From the NCBI GenBank assembly GCA_018060845.1, contig JAGOVG010000003.1:21759-85758 (forward strand): a stretch of DNA of 64,000 nucleotides, given 5' to 3'. The notes under the pieces are model-generated. The model was given only the letters and a program-made list of their open reading frames with translations. It searched no databases and was not told the origin of the DNA. Position 1 is the first letter of the stretch. Each line of letters starts with the position of its first letter. Made by a program: the position numbers and the translations under genes. Positions 8,368 through 18,963 of the stretch are shown here, one piece after another. This DNA is from Candidatus Woesebacteria bacterium (GTDB taxonomy: Bacteria > Patescibacteriota > Microgenomatia > UBA1400 > UBA12108).

Positions 8368-10182
8368 GTGAAGAAAACAAGTAAAAAGTCATACCTATTC
8401 CCTCTCAGTATATTAGCTCTGGCTGTTCTGGTCGCAACCTCTTATCAACTACTAGCTCCCAAACCTACTCAACTCGGCATCAACCAGATCACAGTCTCCG
8501 GCACTCAGAGATATGTCGCACCAAACGGCAGCGATACTAATAACGGCTCAGAGGCGACACCTTACAAAACTCTAGGTAAAGCTATCAACTCTGCTGGACC
8601 TGGTGATGTTGTCTGGATTAAGCCAGGAACATATAAAGAGAATATTAAAATTAATAATAAAAAAGGTACCCCAGATGCACCAATCCGCATTGTGGGAACC
8701 AGCACTAGTCCAGCCGACTACCCTATCTGGGATGGTGGTAACACCGGCTATGCCAAAAATACAGACAACCCCGCACTCACCCTCACTAATAGTAGTTGGA
8801 TCACCATCGAGCGCCTCAAATTCCAGAGCTCAGGCCTCGCCTCTGTTTTTGTCGATGCTTCACACTATATAACATTCCGTAGGAACGTTATGGATTATCT
8901 CAAGTATGGAGTCCTCTCTCGCAACAAAAGTTCTCACCTACTAATCGAGTATAACGAGTTCTACCAGAGTTATCCTAGCAACTCCACCTGGACCCAGCTC
9001 AAAGACAGTAAATGGGAAGGCGGTGCCTACACTTCGTTTAGCGGCGCTGGCATGAATATTATCCGCAACAACTACTTTCACGACCAGTTTAACTCAGTAT
9101 TTATGTATAGAGACGTCCGAGTCGGCAATTATTACGACGCCAACGTCTGGATCTACAGAAATCGCTTTGAACGTATCGTCGATGACCCCTACGAGCCAGA
9201 GACCTATGCCGTCAACAACCATTTCTTCCACAACACACTAATCGATACACATCGCTTAATCTCTCTAGCTCCAGAAGATGGCAAAGCTCCTCTCCAAGGC
9301 CCTATCTATGTCTATGGCAATATGATGATCCTCAAAAAAGATCCAACAAAAGAGCCAACTAGAGAAAATTCTGCCTACAAGCTAGAGCTCTCTCCCAACA
9401 GCTGGGCAAACGGGATTTATCTTTTTAATAACAGTATCGATGTAAGCTATGCCGGCACCAATGGCTCAGGAATAGACTTTTTGAGTAGTACTGTTTCAAA
9501 CGTCACCCATATTAACCATGCTTACAAAAGTCTCAAGAACGTCTTTGGTTCTAGTAAATTAACACTCAAAAACAGTACCTTTAGCCACGACATGGCGACC
9601 AACTTAGGATATACCGAGAACCCAGGGTTTGCCCAGGATCCTGCTTTTACCAATTCAAGCGGCGAAAACCTAACACTATCAGCCAACTCTCCAGCAAAGG
9701 GCAAAGGGCGAGAGCTCACTGTTAGCAGCGGCTTTAGCAACAACAACGTGATCGCAGCTGGCGCCGATCTAGGCGCATTTAACGCGAGCGGGACCGATTT
9801 TAAATCATTCCCCTCACCTGCCTATATGACACCTCCAGGTGGCGAAGATAGTAGCTTCCCCGCTAACACTGCTTGGCCCGCAGACATTATCCCAGGATTT
9901 ACCCCTCCCTCAGGCCCTAGTTGGCTAACTGGAGTAGTAACTACACCCAATCCAACTGCCACCCCCACTCCTACGCCCACGCAGACCCCCTCTACCGTTC
10001 CATCAGCCACCCCGGCACCTTCTCCAAGCGTAATCCCCACTCCATCTGTAAGCGCAAAGCCTGGCGACCTAAATAACGACGGTGCAGTCGATATCAAAGA
10101 CTTTAATCGACTTATCTCAAACTTTGGTAATCCCTATACCATCCTCGACTTTAACTTGATCATCAGTAACTTTGGTAAATAA
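8368..10182 (+). CDS. Secreted right-handed beta-helix (pectate-lyase-fold) protein with C-terminal dockerin-like module
   Basis: GTG start. Signal peptide. Repeated PbH1-like turns (IEYNEFYQS, IIRNNYFHD, IYRNRFERI, NNHFFHNTLID, VYGNMMI, LFNNSIDVS). PT linker. Then GDLNNDGAVDIKDFNRLISNFGNPYTILDFNLIISNFGK. Confidence 0.55.
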   Translation: MKKTSKKSYLFPLSILALAVLVATSYQLLAPKPTQLGINQITVSGTQRYVAPNGSDTNNGSEATPYKTLGKAINSAGPGDVVWIKPGTYKENIKINNKKGTPDAPIRIVGTSTSPADYPIWDGGNTGYAKNTDNPALTLTNSSWITIERLKFQSSGLASVFVDASHYITFRRNVMDYLKYGVLSRNKSSHLLIEYNEFYQSYPSNSTWTQLKDSKWEGGAYTSFSGAGMNIIRNNYFHDQFNSVFMYRDVRVGNYYDANVWIYRNRFERIVDDPYEPETYAVNNHFFHNTLIDTHRLISLAPEDGKAPLQGPIYVYGNMMILKKDPTKEPTRENSAYKLELSPNSWANGIYLFNNSIDVSYAGTNGSGIDFLSSTVSNVTHINHAYKSLKNVFGSSKLTLKNSTFSHDMATNLGYTENPGFAQDPAFTNSSGENLTLSANSPAKGKGRELTVSSGFSNNNVIAAGADLGAFNASGTDFKSFPSPAYMTPPGGEDSSFPANTAWPADIIPGFTPPSGPSWLTGVVTTPNPTATPTPTPTQTPSTVPSATPAPSPSVIPTPSVSAKPGDLNNDGAVDIKDFNRLISNFGNPYTILDFNLIISNFGK

Positions 10183-10276
10183 TAGCTAGTTTCCCAGATC
10201 TACACACCCAAAACATACAAATTGCTTGACAAGTGACCTATAATAGTCATAGTTATTAGTCGAGGAGGAGAATTAT

Positions 10277-10582
10277 ATGACAAGTCTTGAACAGCTAAGC
10301 AAACATATAAATTATGGAGCAAATCTTCACGGGACGGTAGGAGTTCATTTTAAAAAATCCGGCAATAGAGTAGAAATGCATCAATCCAACAGATTAGTTT
10401 GCGTTATGACAAATTTAGGCTCTGATGGTGTAAGAATTACCGGAGGTGTGAACGATGGCCATCCTTTTAATTCAGGTGAAAATGTTAGTTTGGCAAATAG
10501 TCTAGTTACAATTGAAGGTGCGGCTAACGATAGTGACAAAATTACCTATAACGGTTTGACTATACATGAAATGCCAAGATGA
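10277..10582 (+). CDS. hypothetical small protein
   Basis: Strong RBS GAGGAGGAG 7 nt upstream of the ATG. No recognisable domain. Confidence 0.35.
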   Translation: MTSLEQLSKHINYGANLHGTVGVHFKKSGNRVEMHQSNRLVCVMTNLGSDGVRITGGVNDGHPFNSGENVSLANSLVTIEGAANDSDKITYNGLTIHEMPR

Positions 10583-10613
10583 GAAGCTCTGTAATCATTA
10601 ATGTTTAAGTCAC

Positions 10614-13148
10614 CTACACCACCAAACTAAGCAACTTGCCAGGCACAAAAACTACTTTTTTAAAATCATGTCCTGAGCTTGCTTGCCCTGAGTCTACCGA
10701 ATGGGCCGAAGGAACCCACTTCTTCACCTTCTCGTCAATGAGAGCTAATGCCACAACCTCACTTTCAACTTTTGACTTGTCACTTTCTACTTGCAAAATG
10801 CCTCGCATTTTACCATTTACCTGCACCGCCACCCGAACGTTGAGAGATTCTATGCCCGATATTTGCGACACATCTGGCCATGCCTGCTCTTCCACGTTCC
10901 CCTTTCCTATCGTAGTCCATAGTTCCTGAGCAGTATTTGGTGCAAAAAGTGAAAGTAGTTTTGCAAACATACCTAGGTGTTCTTTAGAAATGGTTTGCCC
11001 ATCTTCTCGCCACGCATTTACAAACTCCATGAGTCCAGCAATAGCTGTATTAAATTTCTGGTTTAAGACTCCATCTTCTACCCGCATCACTAATGCCTTC
11101 AACTTTGCCGCCAACTCCGGTGTTGTTTTTTCACTTGTCACTTTTACCTTGTCACTTGCCACTTTTTTGATGCGTTCCAAAAACCTAACCTGTCCTGAGA
11201 TTGCCCCACTATCCCACGCAATAGACTGCTCCCATGGCCCCATAAACATCTCATACATCCTGGTCGCATCACTGCCATACTTTGTTACCATATCATCTGG
11301 ATTTACCACATTCCCTATCGATTTACTCATTTTTTTACCATCTTCTGCGAGCACTAGCCCGACCGAGCGAAGACGTAGAAATGGCTCTGGGAAGTCTAGG
11401 ATATTAAGATCCTGCAAAACCTTTACCCAAAAACGAGCATATAGCAGGTGTAATACGGCATGCTCCGCACCACCGAGATACCAATCAACCGGTGACCATT
11501 CTTTGATATATTTTTTAGCATCATTGAGATTGTTTATTTTTTCGCCACTTTGTTTGGCTGCCCAGAATGGGAAAGCAAGAAAATACCAGCAGGACCCTGC
11601 CCAGTTAGGCATAGTGTCAGTCTCGCGAGTGGCCGGCCCACCACAGTTGGGACAGGTGGTGTTCACCCAGTCGGTGACACGTGATAGTGGTGACTCTCCG
11701 GTCTCTGTGGGTTCATACGAGTCTAGGGTCGGCAGCTCTAGTGGGAGCTGATCTTCTGGCACTGGCACCACCCCATTCTCGTCTCCACACTTATCACAAT
11801 AAACTAGTGGGATCGGCTCACCCCAGTAACGTTGGCGACTAAATACCCAGTCACGGAGATGATAACTCACGGTTCGTTCGCCCCAACCATTCTCTTCAAA
11901 ATAATCCTTGGTTTTTTTCATCGCCTCAGCAAAATCTAAGCCATTCAAAAAGTCCGAGTTAATCATTGTCCCCTTCATACCTTTTTCGACAAGTTGCTCT
12001 ACTCGCTCTACAGGACTCTCATCACCATCCTCACCTACTACTACTCGCTTGATTGGTATCCCAAATTTCTTCGCAAATTCAAAATCACGCTTGTCATGTG
12101 CAGGACAGCCTTGCACAGCTCCTGTTCCTACATGAGCGAGCACAAAATCAGCAATCCAAACTGGGATGTTCTCATTGGTAACGTGATTAATTACGTATAG
12201 TCCAGTAAACACACCAGTTTTCTCTTTTCCCTCTACCATCCTGTCTACTTCAGATTTTTGTTGTGCTGTCTTTACATAATCAATAACACTTCTCTTAATC
12301 TCTTCTTCAACTGGGTATTCCCCACTAATTATCTTGTTAACCACTTCATGCTCTGGAGCTACAACCATAAATGTTGCACCAAAATTAACTGGAGTAGTAG
12401 TAAACACGGTTATTTTGTCCGTGTGATCAACAACATCATAGGTTATATTGATCCCCTCCTTTTTCCCTATCCAGTTCCTCTGCATCTCAAGTATTCCTTT
12501 AGGCCAGTCGAGCCCCGCCCTGGCGGGGTCTAGCTTCTTTCCCTCAATTTTTAAATCAACATCCAGATCATTTAGTAGTCGCTCGGCATAACTCGTGATC
12601 CGCATCACCCACTGTGGGAGGAGCTTCTTCCCCACCACTGTCCCACATCGCTCATGAGTCCCATCTGGCAGAACCTCTTCATTCGCTAGTCCAGTTAAGC
12701 ATTTGGGACACCAGTTGATGGCGACTTTTTCTCTGTATACAATCCGCCTCCCCTGTTCGTCTTTTTTCCCATAAAGCTGGAGGAAAATCCACTGGGTTAT
12801 CGCATAATATTGTGGATCAGTGGTTGCAAACTCCCGCTCCCAGTCAAAAGAAAGGGAAAGATTTTGCATTTGTTTTTTAAAGTTGGCGTAGTTATGTGGC
12901 ACCATGGTTTGAGGGATCTTTTTTGCTTTGATCGCCGCATTCTCTGCAGGCAGTCCAAACGCGTCCCACCCCATCGGAGAGAGCACCTGTGGAGAACTTT
13001 CACCGTGGCCGCTCGTAGCGCTTGCGCGAAGACGGCTCCGAAAATATCTGGCCATCACGTCACATGCTGTAAATATCCGCACATGCCCAACATGCAGCCC
13101 TTCGCCTGATGGATATGGGAACATGCCGAGGATATATGTTTTCTTCAT
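10614..13148 (-). CDS. leuS: leucine--tRNA ligase
   Basis: N-terminal PYPSGEGLHVGHV (HIGH motif). KMSKSIGN (KMSKS motif). Editing-domain-sized insert. 844 aa. Confidence 0.9.
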   Translation of the reverse strand: MKKTYILGMFPYPSGEGLHVGHVRIFTACDVMARYFRSRLRASATSGHGESSPQVLSPMGWDAFGLPAENAAIKAKKIPQTMVPHNYANFKKQMQNLSLSFDWEREFATTDPQYYAITQWIFLQLYGKKDEQGRRIVYREKVAINWCPKCLTGLANEEVLPDGTHERCGTVVGKKLLPQWVMRITSYAERLLNDLDVDLKIEGKKLDPARAGLDWPKGILEMQRNWIGKKEGINITYDVVDHTDKITVFTTTPVNFGATFMVVAPEHEVVNKIISGEYPVEEEIKRSVIDYVKTAQQKSEVDRMVEGKEKTGVFTGLYVINHVTNENIPVWIADFVLAHVGTGAVQGCPAHDKRDFEFAKKFGIPIKRVVVGEDGDESPVERVEQLVEKGMKGTMINSDFLNGLDFAEAMKKTKDYFEENGWGERTVSYHLRDWVFSRQRYWGEPIPLVYCDKCGDENGVVPVPEDQLPLELPTLDSYEPTETGESPLSRVTDWVNTTCPNCGGPATRETDTMPNWAGSCWYFLAFPFWAAKQSGEKINNLNDAKKYIKEWSPVDWYLGGAEHAVLHLLYARFWVKVLQDLNILDFPEPFLRLRSVGLVLAEDGKKMSKSIGNVVNPDDMVTKYGSDATRMYEMFMGPWEQSIAWDSGAISGQVRFLERIKKVASDKVKVTSEKTTPELAAKLKALVMRVEDGVLNQKFNTAIAGLMEFVNAWREDGQTISKEHLGMFAKLLSLFAPNTAQELWTTIGKGNVEEQAWPDVSQISGIESLNVRVAVQVNGKMRGILQVESDKSKVESEVVALALIDEKVKKWVPSAHSVDSGQASSGHDFKKVVFVPGKLLSLVV

Positions 13149-13210
13149 GGTAGTTATTTTACCAATGTTTAGACCAATGCGATATACAATCTTTTGAAAA
13201 TTATGTGCGC

Positions 13211-13663
13211 CTATTTACACATGGATTCAGTTGACGCTGAAGAGTCACCTGGACTACAGCCTATCTCTTGCTGATCAACAATTATCGCTACAGGTGCTGG
13301 ACACCATAGGTCTCCACCCGTAGAAAGCATTCCAGCTTCATAATCATCAGTAGTCCGTAAAGAAGTAGTTATCTGATTTGCGAGAGTTCCGATAAACTTC
13401 AAAGTTTCGGTGCCAGGCTTATCAGGTATTTGCTCCGCAGGGTAAACTACACTCACGAGACTACCTCGCTCTCCACCGTTCACTGTCACTGCACAGGTAT
13501 TAGGTGAGTTCCTAGATGCTGTAACAACATATTCTATGTTGTTACTAGATACGACAGTATCTGCACCGCACGCTATCATCAATAACGCAAGCGATATGTT
13601 AATGAATAATCGCTTCATCCATACAGGCATCTCAACTGGTCGAGAGTCATTTTCCATACACAC
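13211..13663 (-). CDS. hypothetical secreted protein or lipoprotein
   Basis: Signal-like MKRLFINISLALLMIACG with a Cys after a hydrophobic stretch. Four Cys in total. The true start is probably the internal Met near 13618. Confidence 0.3.
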   Translation of the reverse strand: MCMENDSRPVEMPVWMKRLFINISLALLMIACGADTVVSSNNIEYVVTASRNSPNTCAVTVNGGERGSLVSVVYPAEQIPDKPGTETLKFIGTLANQITTSLRTTDDYEAGMLSTGGDLWCPAPVAIIVDQQEIGCSPGDSSASTESMCK

Positions 13664-13682
13664 CCCTCTGAACTGAAAATTG

Positions 13683-14054
13683 TTATTTGCCTAACCGCAT
13701 TAGTGCAAGAATCGCGCGTTGTGTTCCATCAATAACATCTGGATTTGTTCGTGACAAGGTTTCGGCTATCTCGATTCCAGGGTTTTGACCTTTCAACCAA
13801 GCAGTATACAAGTCAAGCGAAGGCGCGTGGTCATATCCGTCGATTAATTGAGTTGATTTGTCGACCACGGTGGATAGTACATTTGATACATGATTAAGGA
13901 CAGAATTTGCTACACCCATCACATCAATACCACTCTCAATCATCCCAACAGCTGTCCATAAAATAAGCCCAGCACCAACTAAATAGGGCACTGCTTCAAC
14001 CGCCCAGTTCTCTTGTTTCCTGTTCATCGTATTTTTTAGTTTTTCCATACACAT
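13683..14054 (-). CDS. hypothetical membrane protein
   Basis: One TM segment (AVEAVPYLVGAGLILWTAVGMI). No recognisable domain. Confidence 0.3.
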   Translation of the reverse strand: MCMEKLKNTMNRKQENWAVEAVPYLVGAGLILWTAVGMIESGIDVMGVANSVLNHVSNVLSTVVDKSTQLIDGYDHAPSLDLYTAWLKGQNPGIEIAETLSRTNPDVIDGTQRAILALMRLGK

Positions 14055-14093
14055 CTCCTACTCACATATTATACCACTATCTATACTATAAGT

Positions 14094-15482
14094 CTACTGC
14101 CTGCCTGGAGGAATAGAGTTCTTGACTCGTTCTGAATGCTGTATATCTTGCTGCAACAATTCTACGTTAGTTTTAATTTCTTCCACTCCTCGAGCGGCCT
14201 GCGATTGCTCCCCATGTACAATACTCATATGTGCTATCGTCTTTTCCGTTGCATCAGTCACCATCCTGGCTATGTCATGTATTTGTGCAGCTTTTTCTTC
14301 AATTACTCCAGCTATTTGTTGCCCTAGTTGAGTAGTCAATATTACTTCTAAAGATGGATGCTTATAATTGTACTTATCTTCCATTGCAGCAACCACTCTC
14401 ACCATAGTGTCCCGATGAATTGGTAGATCTTTTACGCCATCTCTTTTGCTAATGTCAGCTAATAATTTTACTATTTCGTCTGCATCTTTTACTGCTTGTT
14501 GTGCATCTGCTGCCAGCTTTGGGTTCCTCGGTGTCGCCATTGCTAACTTTGAGCTAATAGACTGAGCAGAAGCTTCAGCAAATCTTGCATATGGCGCTAA
14601 ATGACCAATGTCTACATTTACTGGACCAGTATATTCATCTCCCAATCCATATGGATTAGCACCTACTGAACTGTTTGAGTTACTAGATCCATCTGCCGGG
14701 TAACTATAGAAAGTGTCAACTCCATCGCCATTATTATGGTTTCCTGCCAAAGCACTAGCATATCGTTCCGCCTCACCCTTAGCTGGACTTAGCCTACTGC
14801 CCTGGCGAACATAAGAGGTGTCACCTGGATCTGCGCGAAAAATTGCATACAACCAGTAACCTACCCCAAGTGCAGCTAGTCCAGCTCCACCCAGAAGGAG
14901 ACTCCGCTTATTTTCTTGCCTATTAGTTGCCGACTCCTCTCCTACCCCTCTTACTGTAGCGCTATTCATAGATGCCACAAAGATATCTACTGGAACTACT
15001 GCATTGACTGTATATTGCTGTTCAACCGCTGGATCAAAGAACACCATCCTTGTAGGTACATAAAAAGTATCATCTCCTTCAATTTTGGTGAGCGATATTG
15101 TGTCTGGTAGGTTATCTAATCTGATGCTCATGTCTTGAGCATTTGCTACATTGGCAGAGTCAGCATTAGTGCTAGGTATATTTTCAGCAAAGAAGCTAGG
15201 ATTAATATAGAGATCATGAGTAGCACTTATATAGTTAGCTAGTAGTTGCTGAAATAAGACCAAGTTTAATGTGTCGCCAGGCAAACAGTTGGCAGTATCA
15301 AGTGATAGCTGCTTAGTAGCGTCATCCACTCTGGGGTGTATACAGTCAGCCACAACATTCCCTAGAATCTCTGCGCTGGTACCACAGGCTAAACTAGATA
15401 ATATACCCATCAAACCAAGCACTGCAAAACTCTTTAAGCGAGTACTCCAGTGAATATTGCTCTCTGGGGATTTGTGGGACAT
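14094..15482 (-). CDS. hypothetical secreted/membrane protein with C-terminal coiled-coil
   Basis: Signal peptide. Internal TM (LLLGGAGLAALGVGYWLYAIF). The C-terminal about 70 aa (GEQSQAARGVEEIKTNVELLQQDIQ) are faintly reminiscent of an MCP signalling-domain tip. Confidence 0.35.
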   Translation of the reverse strand: MSHKSPESNIHWSTRLKSFAVLGLMGILSSLACGTSAEILGNVVADCIHPRVDDATKQLSLDTANCLPGDTLNLVLFQQLLANYISATHDLYINPSFFAENIPSTNADSANVANAQDMSIRLDNLPDTISLTKIEGDDTFYVPTRMVFFDPAVEQQYTVNAVVPVDIFVASMNSATVRGVGEESATNRQENKRSLLLGGAGLAALGVGYWLYAIFRADPGDTSYVRQGSRLSPAKGEAERYASALAGNHNNGDGVDTFYSYPADGSSNSNSSVGANPYGLGDEYTGPVNVDIGHLAPYARFAEASAQSISSKLAMATPRNPKLAADAQQAVKDADEIVKLLADISKRDGVKDLPIHRDTMVRVVAAMEDKYNYKHPSLEVILTTQLGQQIAGVIEEKAAQIHDIARMVTDATEKTIAHMSIVHGEQSQAARGVEEIKTNVELLQQDIQHSERVKNSIPPGRQ

Positions 15483-15598
15483 AACAATGACAAAATATCA
15501 CTAGTTTAATCGCATAATCCTATAGTATCTTAAATGAATTGTCAATATAACTATCTACTCCCCTTTCTACTTTCTACCCGTTACTTTATACTGTATCC

Positions 15599-16309
15599 AT
15601 GCCTGCCCGGTTTATTGCCCATACTATCCTCCTCTTTGCCGCTGTTTTTGGCATCCTAGCCTGGCTGCTCTCCCCTCTAGAGCCGTATACGCTCCAGTTG
15701 ACCGGCATCCTAGCTCTACTCTATATTGGCTCACACAGCCTACGCCGCCACTACCCCAAGCTATTTCACAGAAGTAGCATCACATTAGACCTAACCATCC
15801 TCACCAGCATGATCCTACTCTTGGTCACCGAGACCGGCGCACTCACCTCCCCCCTCTTCTTCCTCCTCTATTTCCTCCTCTTTGCAGTCTCCATGCTCTA
15901 CGAGATCGAGGCTACTCTGGTTCTAACAGGCGCCCTCATCCTCTACTTTATCTTTCTGCCTGGCACCAACCTAGGCGATCTCATGCATCTCTCTCAGCTC
16001 GGCGCACTCATTATGATTACTCCCCTCGCACTCTTTACTGGTCATCAATATGAGGTCAGTCTAGAGGAAAAAGAGGCAAGGCGCAGGCTCACCCACCACC
16101 TCAGCCACCAAGAGACCGATACTCTCCTCTTCCTCTCCCTCAACCTCAAAAATACACTAGTTGCCTCGCTAGACAGACTATCTACCATTATTCCAGTTAC
16201 CAGGGTCAAGGAGGTTCACGACAACCTGAACACTCTCTACAAAGATCTCAAAGCCCTCTACAAAACCAGTCTAGATCTAGAGCGTGCGATCGACAAAGAA
16301 ACGGATTAA
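15599..16309 (+). CDS. hypothetical polytopic membrane protein
   Basis: Four to five predicted TM helices at the N-terminus, then a charged cytoplasmic tail. No recognisable catalytic motif. Confidence 0.35.
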   Translation: MPARFIAHTILLFAAVFGILAWLLSPLEPYTLQLTGILALLYIGSHSLRRHYPKLFHRSSITLDLTILTSMILLLVTETGALTSPLFFLLYFLLFAVSMLYEIEATLVLTGALILYFIFLPGTNLGDLMHLSQLGALIMITPLALFTGHQYEVSLEEKEARRRLTHHLSHQETDTLLFLSLNLKNTLVASLDRLSTIIPVTRVKEVHDNLNTLYKDLKALYKTSLDLERAIDKETD

Positions 16310-16728
16310 TCGCTCAACAGATGGATCAATACATCACTCACTTCACCTACATCTTTAAATCCACCCAGAAATCGGTGTTCCAGAGAACCTAGAAGAATAC
16401 CAGCCGTAAATCCTGTCAGAGCACCATGGACACCGTAGTGGACAATAGATCCGTCAGATCGCTTCCGTCTATCTTTAGGGATATTTAAATCTACTAGATG
16501 CCCGATACCACCAAAGATCAATATTGGCCATATAACATCTTCTACTCCTTCGAGTATTCCTACAATTGATCGAATTAAGTCTGGATCAAAATCTAATTGT
16601 TGTTTATGAGTGATACTGTTCATGACTCGCTCTGCACCAACAACTAGTCCTGGTACGTCAATGCCATTTTCCGTCATCTTGCCTGCGAGATGTATTGATG
16701 CTTGACTCACAATTTCAACTACTGACAT
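16306..16728 (-). CDS. hypothetical protein
   Basis: ORF only. No motif recognised. Confidence 0.3.
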   Translation of the reverse strand: MSVVEIVSQASIHLAGKMTENGIDVPGLVVGAERVMNSITHKQQLDFDPDLIRSIVGILEGVEDVIWPILIFGGIGHLVDLNIPKDRRKRSDGSIVHYGVHGALTGFTAGILLGSLEHRFLGGFKDVGEVSDVLIHLLSD

Positions 16729-16776
16729 AAGACCAGTATTCTAACTTAAGTAACTAAAAATTAAAATAGTAATTTT

Positions 16777-17511
16777 CTATCGAGTTTCGTAAGACAGTGT
16801 CACGCTAGCCACCACCTCACTACTGCCTACCTCAACTGGTGTCTCAACCTTAGCTTCCATGGTCGAGGACACAGCCACATCTCGGCCGTAGTTCATTGGT
16901 ACTGGGTATCCACCACTCCCACCCTCGTTAATATTTACGATTCGCCCTAGCTTCATACCAGCTAGTCCTGACAGTTCTTCTGCCTTACTCTTAGCTTTAT
17001 CTATCGCTATTTCTCTGGCTTCTTTCATAGTCTTCTCTCTCAGTTCTTCTGACAGTCCAAAGCTCGGGCCAGCCACATTATCTAGTCCTAGAGTACCTAT
17101 CAAATCTAGCGCGTCCGAGACCTTATCTAAGTCACGGATCTTTACACTAAGACTAGCCTGAGCCTGGTAGAGCCCCTCTTCTTGGTAGTCTGGGTACACG
17201 TTATATCCGGTGGTCTTAATGTCTTTGTCGTCAATCCCAATGTCATTCAAACTCTCGCTCAGTTCTTGCATTGTTGCATTGATACTTTGTTGCACTTGCT
17301 TTAGGTTACGACCCTGATCTGTTACTCCGAGCTGTAGAGTAGCTTCATCTGGTACCACAACCACTCGACCCTCTCCTGACACATCAAATGTTGTCATCTT
17401 CTGGGTTTGAGTAACCGCAATAGGTAGTGCACCAACCACCTTAAAATAAACCCCTACTACTCCTGCGACTAAGAGTGCTACTAAGGTCATTTCCATTATT
17501 TTCTTCATCAT
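16777..17511 (-). CDS. SIMPL/DUF541 (YggE-like) periplasmic protein
   Basis: N-terminal TM or signal. Pattern V.G.G.V...PD.A.L.LGV...VK.RD and a C-terminal region typical of the 26-kDa periplasmic immunogenic protein family. Confidence 0.6.
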   Translation of the reverse strand: MMKKIMEMTLVALLVAGVVGVYFKVVGALPIAVTQTQKMTTFDVSGEGRVVVVPDEATLQLGVTDQGRNLKQVQQSINATMQELSESLNDIGIDDKDIKTTGYNVYPDYQEEGLYQAQASLSVKIRDLDKVSDALDLIGTLGLDNVAGPSFGLSEELREKTMKEAREIAIDKAKSKAEELSGLAGMKLGRIVNINEGGSGGYPVPMNYGRDVAVSSTMEAKVETPVEVGSSEVVASVTLSYETR

Positions 17512-17571
17512 ATCTCCTCCATTGGTACCAAACTATATATACTTACTCTATACTAGAATTTAGTTACAAAT

Positions 17572-18954
17572 ATGTCAAAGTATTCTATGTTTAATCACAT
17601 CTTGTTTCGCACTACAGCGTGTGTCTTTTTGACGATTGCACTCAGTTTCATATCTTCTTCTCCTGTACTAGCTCAGAGCACTCCAGGCATCACTACTGGC
17701 AGCATTCGCAAACTAGACGTCACTCCACCAAGCGGCGGCTACTTTGAGCTGCCATTTTTTATGACATCATTTAACAATACTCGTGTAATTAATGTTCCAA
17801 CAGCCTGGACTTTTACCTGCAATGTCACTGCCAACCCTCTTACTACTAGCATTAACACCAGTAACTCTAGTTGTCTCTTAACCAACAAGAGTCTCATCCA
17901 CCAAAAAGATTCTAGTGTCACTGCTCCCTACGCCCGCAACTATATAGCGACCGTTACCAACCACTACATTAATGTTGGTGGCTCACAGAGGCGCTATAGC
18001 GTTAACCACGGCGAAAATAAGAACGAAAAGGTTAATGGTGTAGCATATCAAAACTCAGTTAACCCTGATATCACTACTTCTACGTGTATGTCACAGTTAG
18101 TAAATGGTGTCTACCAAGACTGTAATGCTTCCTACCACTCGTTTATAACTCTAAGCTACGGTGACAGCTATCCACAGACAGATCTTGGACCCATCATATG
18201 GCCCGATCGCGGCTACTACTCCCCTCACCCTAATAACTCAGGAGTTCGCTGGAGCCACTCTTTTGTCCGCATTCCTCATGGTTTTGTTAATGACGGGTAC
18301 CTGTACGTTTACTACCACGAACAATCCTCCTACAACGATAGAATTGGTTTAAAAGTGGCTCGCGCTCCAATCAACAATCTGACCCCAGCAGCATTCAAAA
18401 AATACTCACAGGGTAGCTGGGTCCCAGCACTACCCTCTGGTTTTGACAACAACAGAATTACAGATTTTTATAATCAGCCAACCAGCGACTCTAGCCCTAT
18501 TATCCCAAGAGTTACTGGCGTCGCGCATATTTCTATGGCTGTCACCAAGACTCAATCAGGCTCATTTTTGGGGATCGAAGAAGCAATAGTCAATAATCAG
18601 TGGGCGCTGCGCCTCTACTCAACGACTGATCTAGTCAACTTTACTCTTCTCGGGACCGTTGCACAGGAGGCTAGTTATGCCGCAGGCAAACTTCATTACC
18701 CCGTTTTTCTAAACGCGGCTGGCGACAATAGTAGTCTAGTTGATACTAATAATTTTTACGTAGTCGGTAGTAGCCACACTGGCGAGATCTCGGTACTCCC
18801 GTTAAGCGTCTCTAACATGAAGCCCAGCAAGCCAGGTGACCTTAACCTTGATGGCACAGTCAATCTCATCGACTTTAATCTCCTAATCACCAATTTTGGT
18901 AACCCTTATACTATCCTCGACTTTAACTCGATCATTAGTAACTTTGGCAAATAA
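17572..18954 (+). CDS. Secreted protein of unknown function with C-terminal dockerin-like module
   Basis: Signal peptide. C-terminus KPGDLNLDGTVNLIDFNLLITNFGNPYTILDFNSIISNFGK, nearly identical to the tail of 8368-10182. Confidence 0.55.
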   Translation: MSKYSMFNHILFRTTACVFLTIALSFISSSPVLAQSTPGITTGSIRKLDVTPPSGGYFELPFFMTSFNNTRVINVPTAWTFTCNVTANPLTTSINTSNSSCLLTNKSLIHQKDSSVTAPYARNYIATVTNHYINVGGSQRRYSVNHGENKNEKVNGVAYQNSVNPDITTSTCMSQLVNGVYQDCNASYHSFITLSYGDSYPQTDLGPIIWPDRGYYSPHPNNSGVRWSHSFVRIPHGFVNDGYLYVYYHEQSSYNDRIGLKVARAPINNLTPAAFKKYSQGSWVPALPSGFDNNRITDFYNQPTSDSSPIIPRVTGVAHISMAVTKTQSGSFLGIEEAIVNNQWALRLYSTTDLVNFTLLGTVAQEASYAAGKLHYPVFLNAAGDNSSLVDTNNFYVVGSSHTGEISVLPLSVSNMKPSKPGDLNLDGTVNLIDFNLLITNFGNPYTILDFNSIISNFGK

Positions 18955-18963
18955 TACCAACCA

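Noticed and set aside
10226-10244. Apparent perfect TTGACA and TATAAT hexamers upstream of the 10277 ORF
   Set aside because: The two hexamers are only 7 nt apart, so they cannot form a canonical sigma-70 -35/-10 pair. The TATAAT alone may still act as a -10, so this was downgraded rather than called.
10636-13197. Multiple plus-strand ORFs (10636-10929, 10990-11751, 11908-12135, 11994-12200, 12258-12533, 12810-13109, 12928-13197) inside leuS
   Set aside because: These are antisense shadow ORFs of a highly conserved 844-aa leuS gene. They are low-complexity and carry no independent signals.
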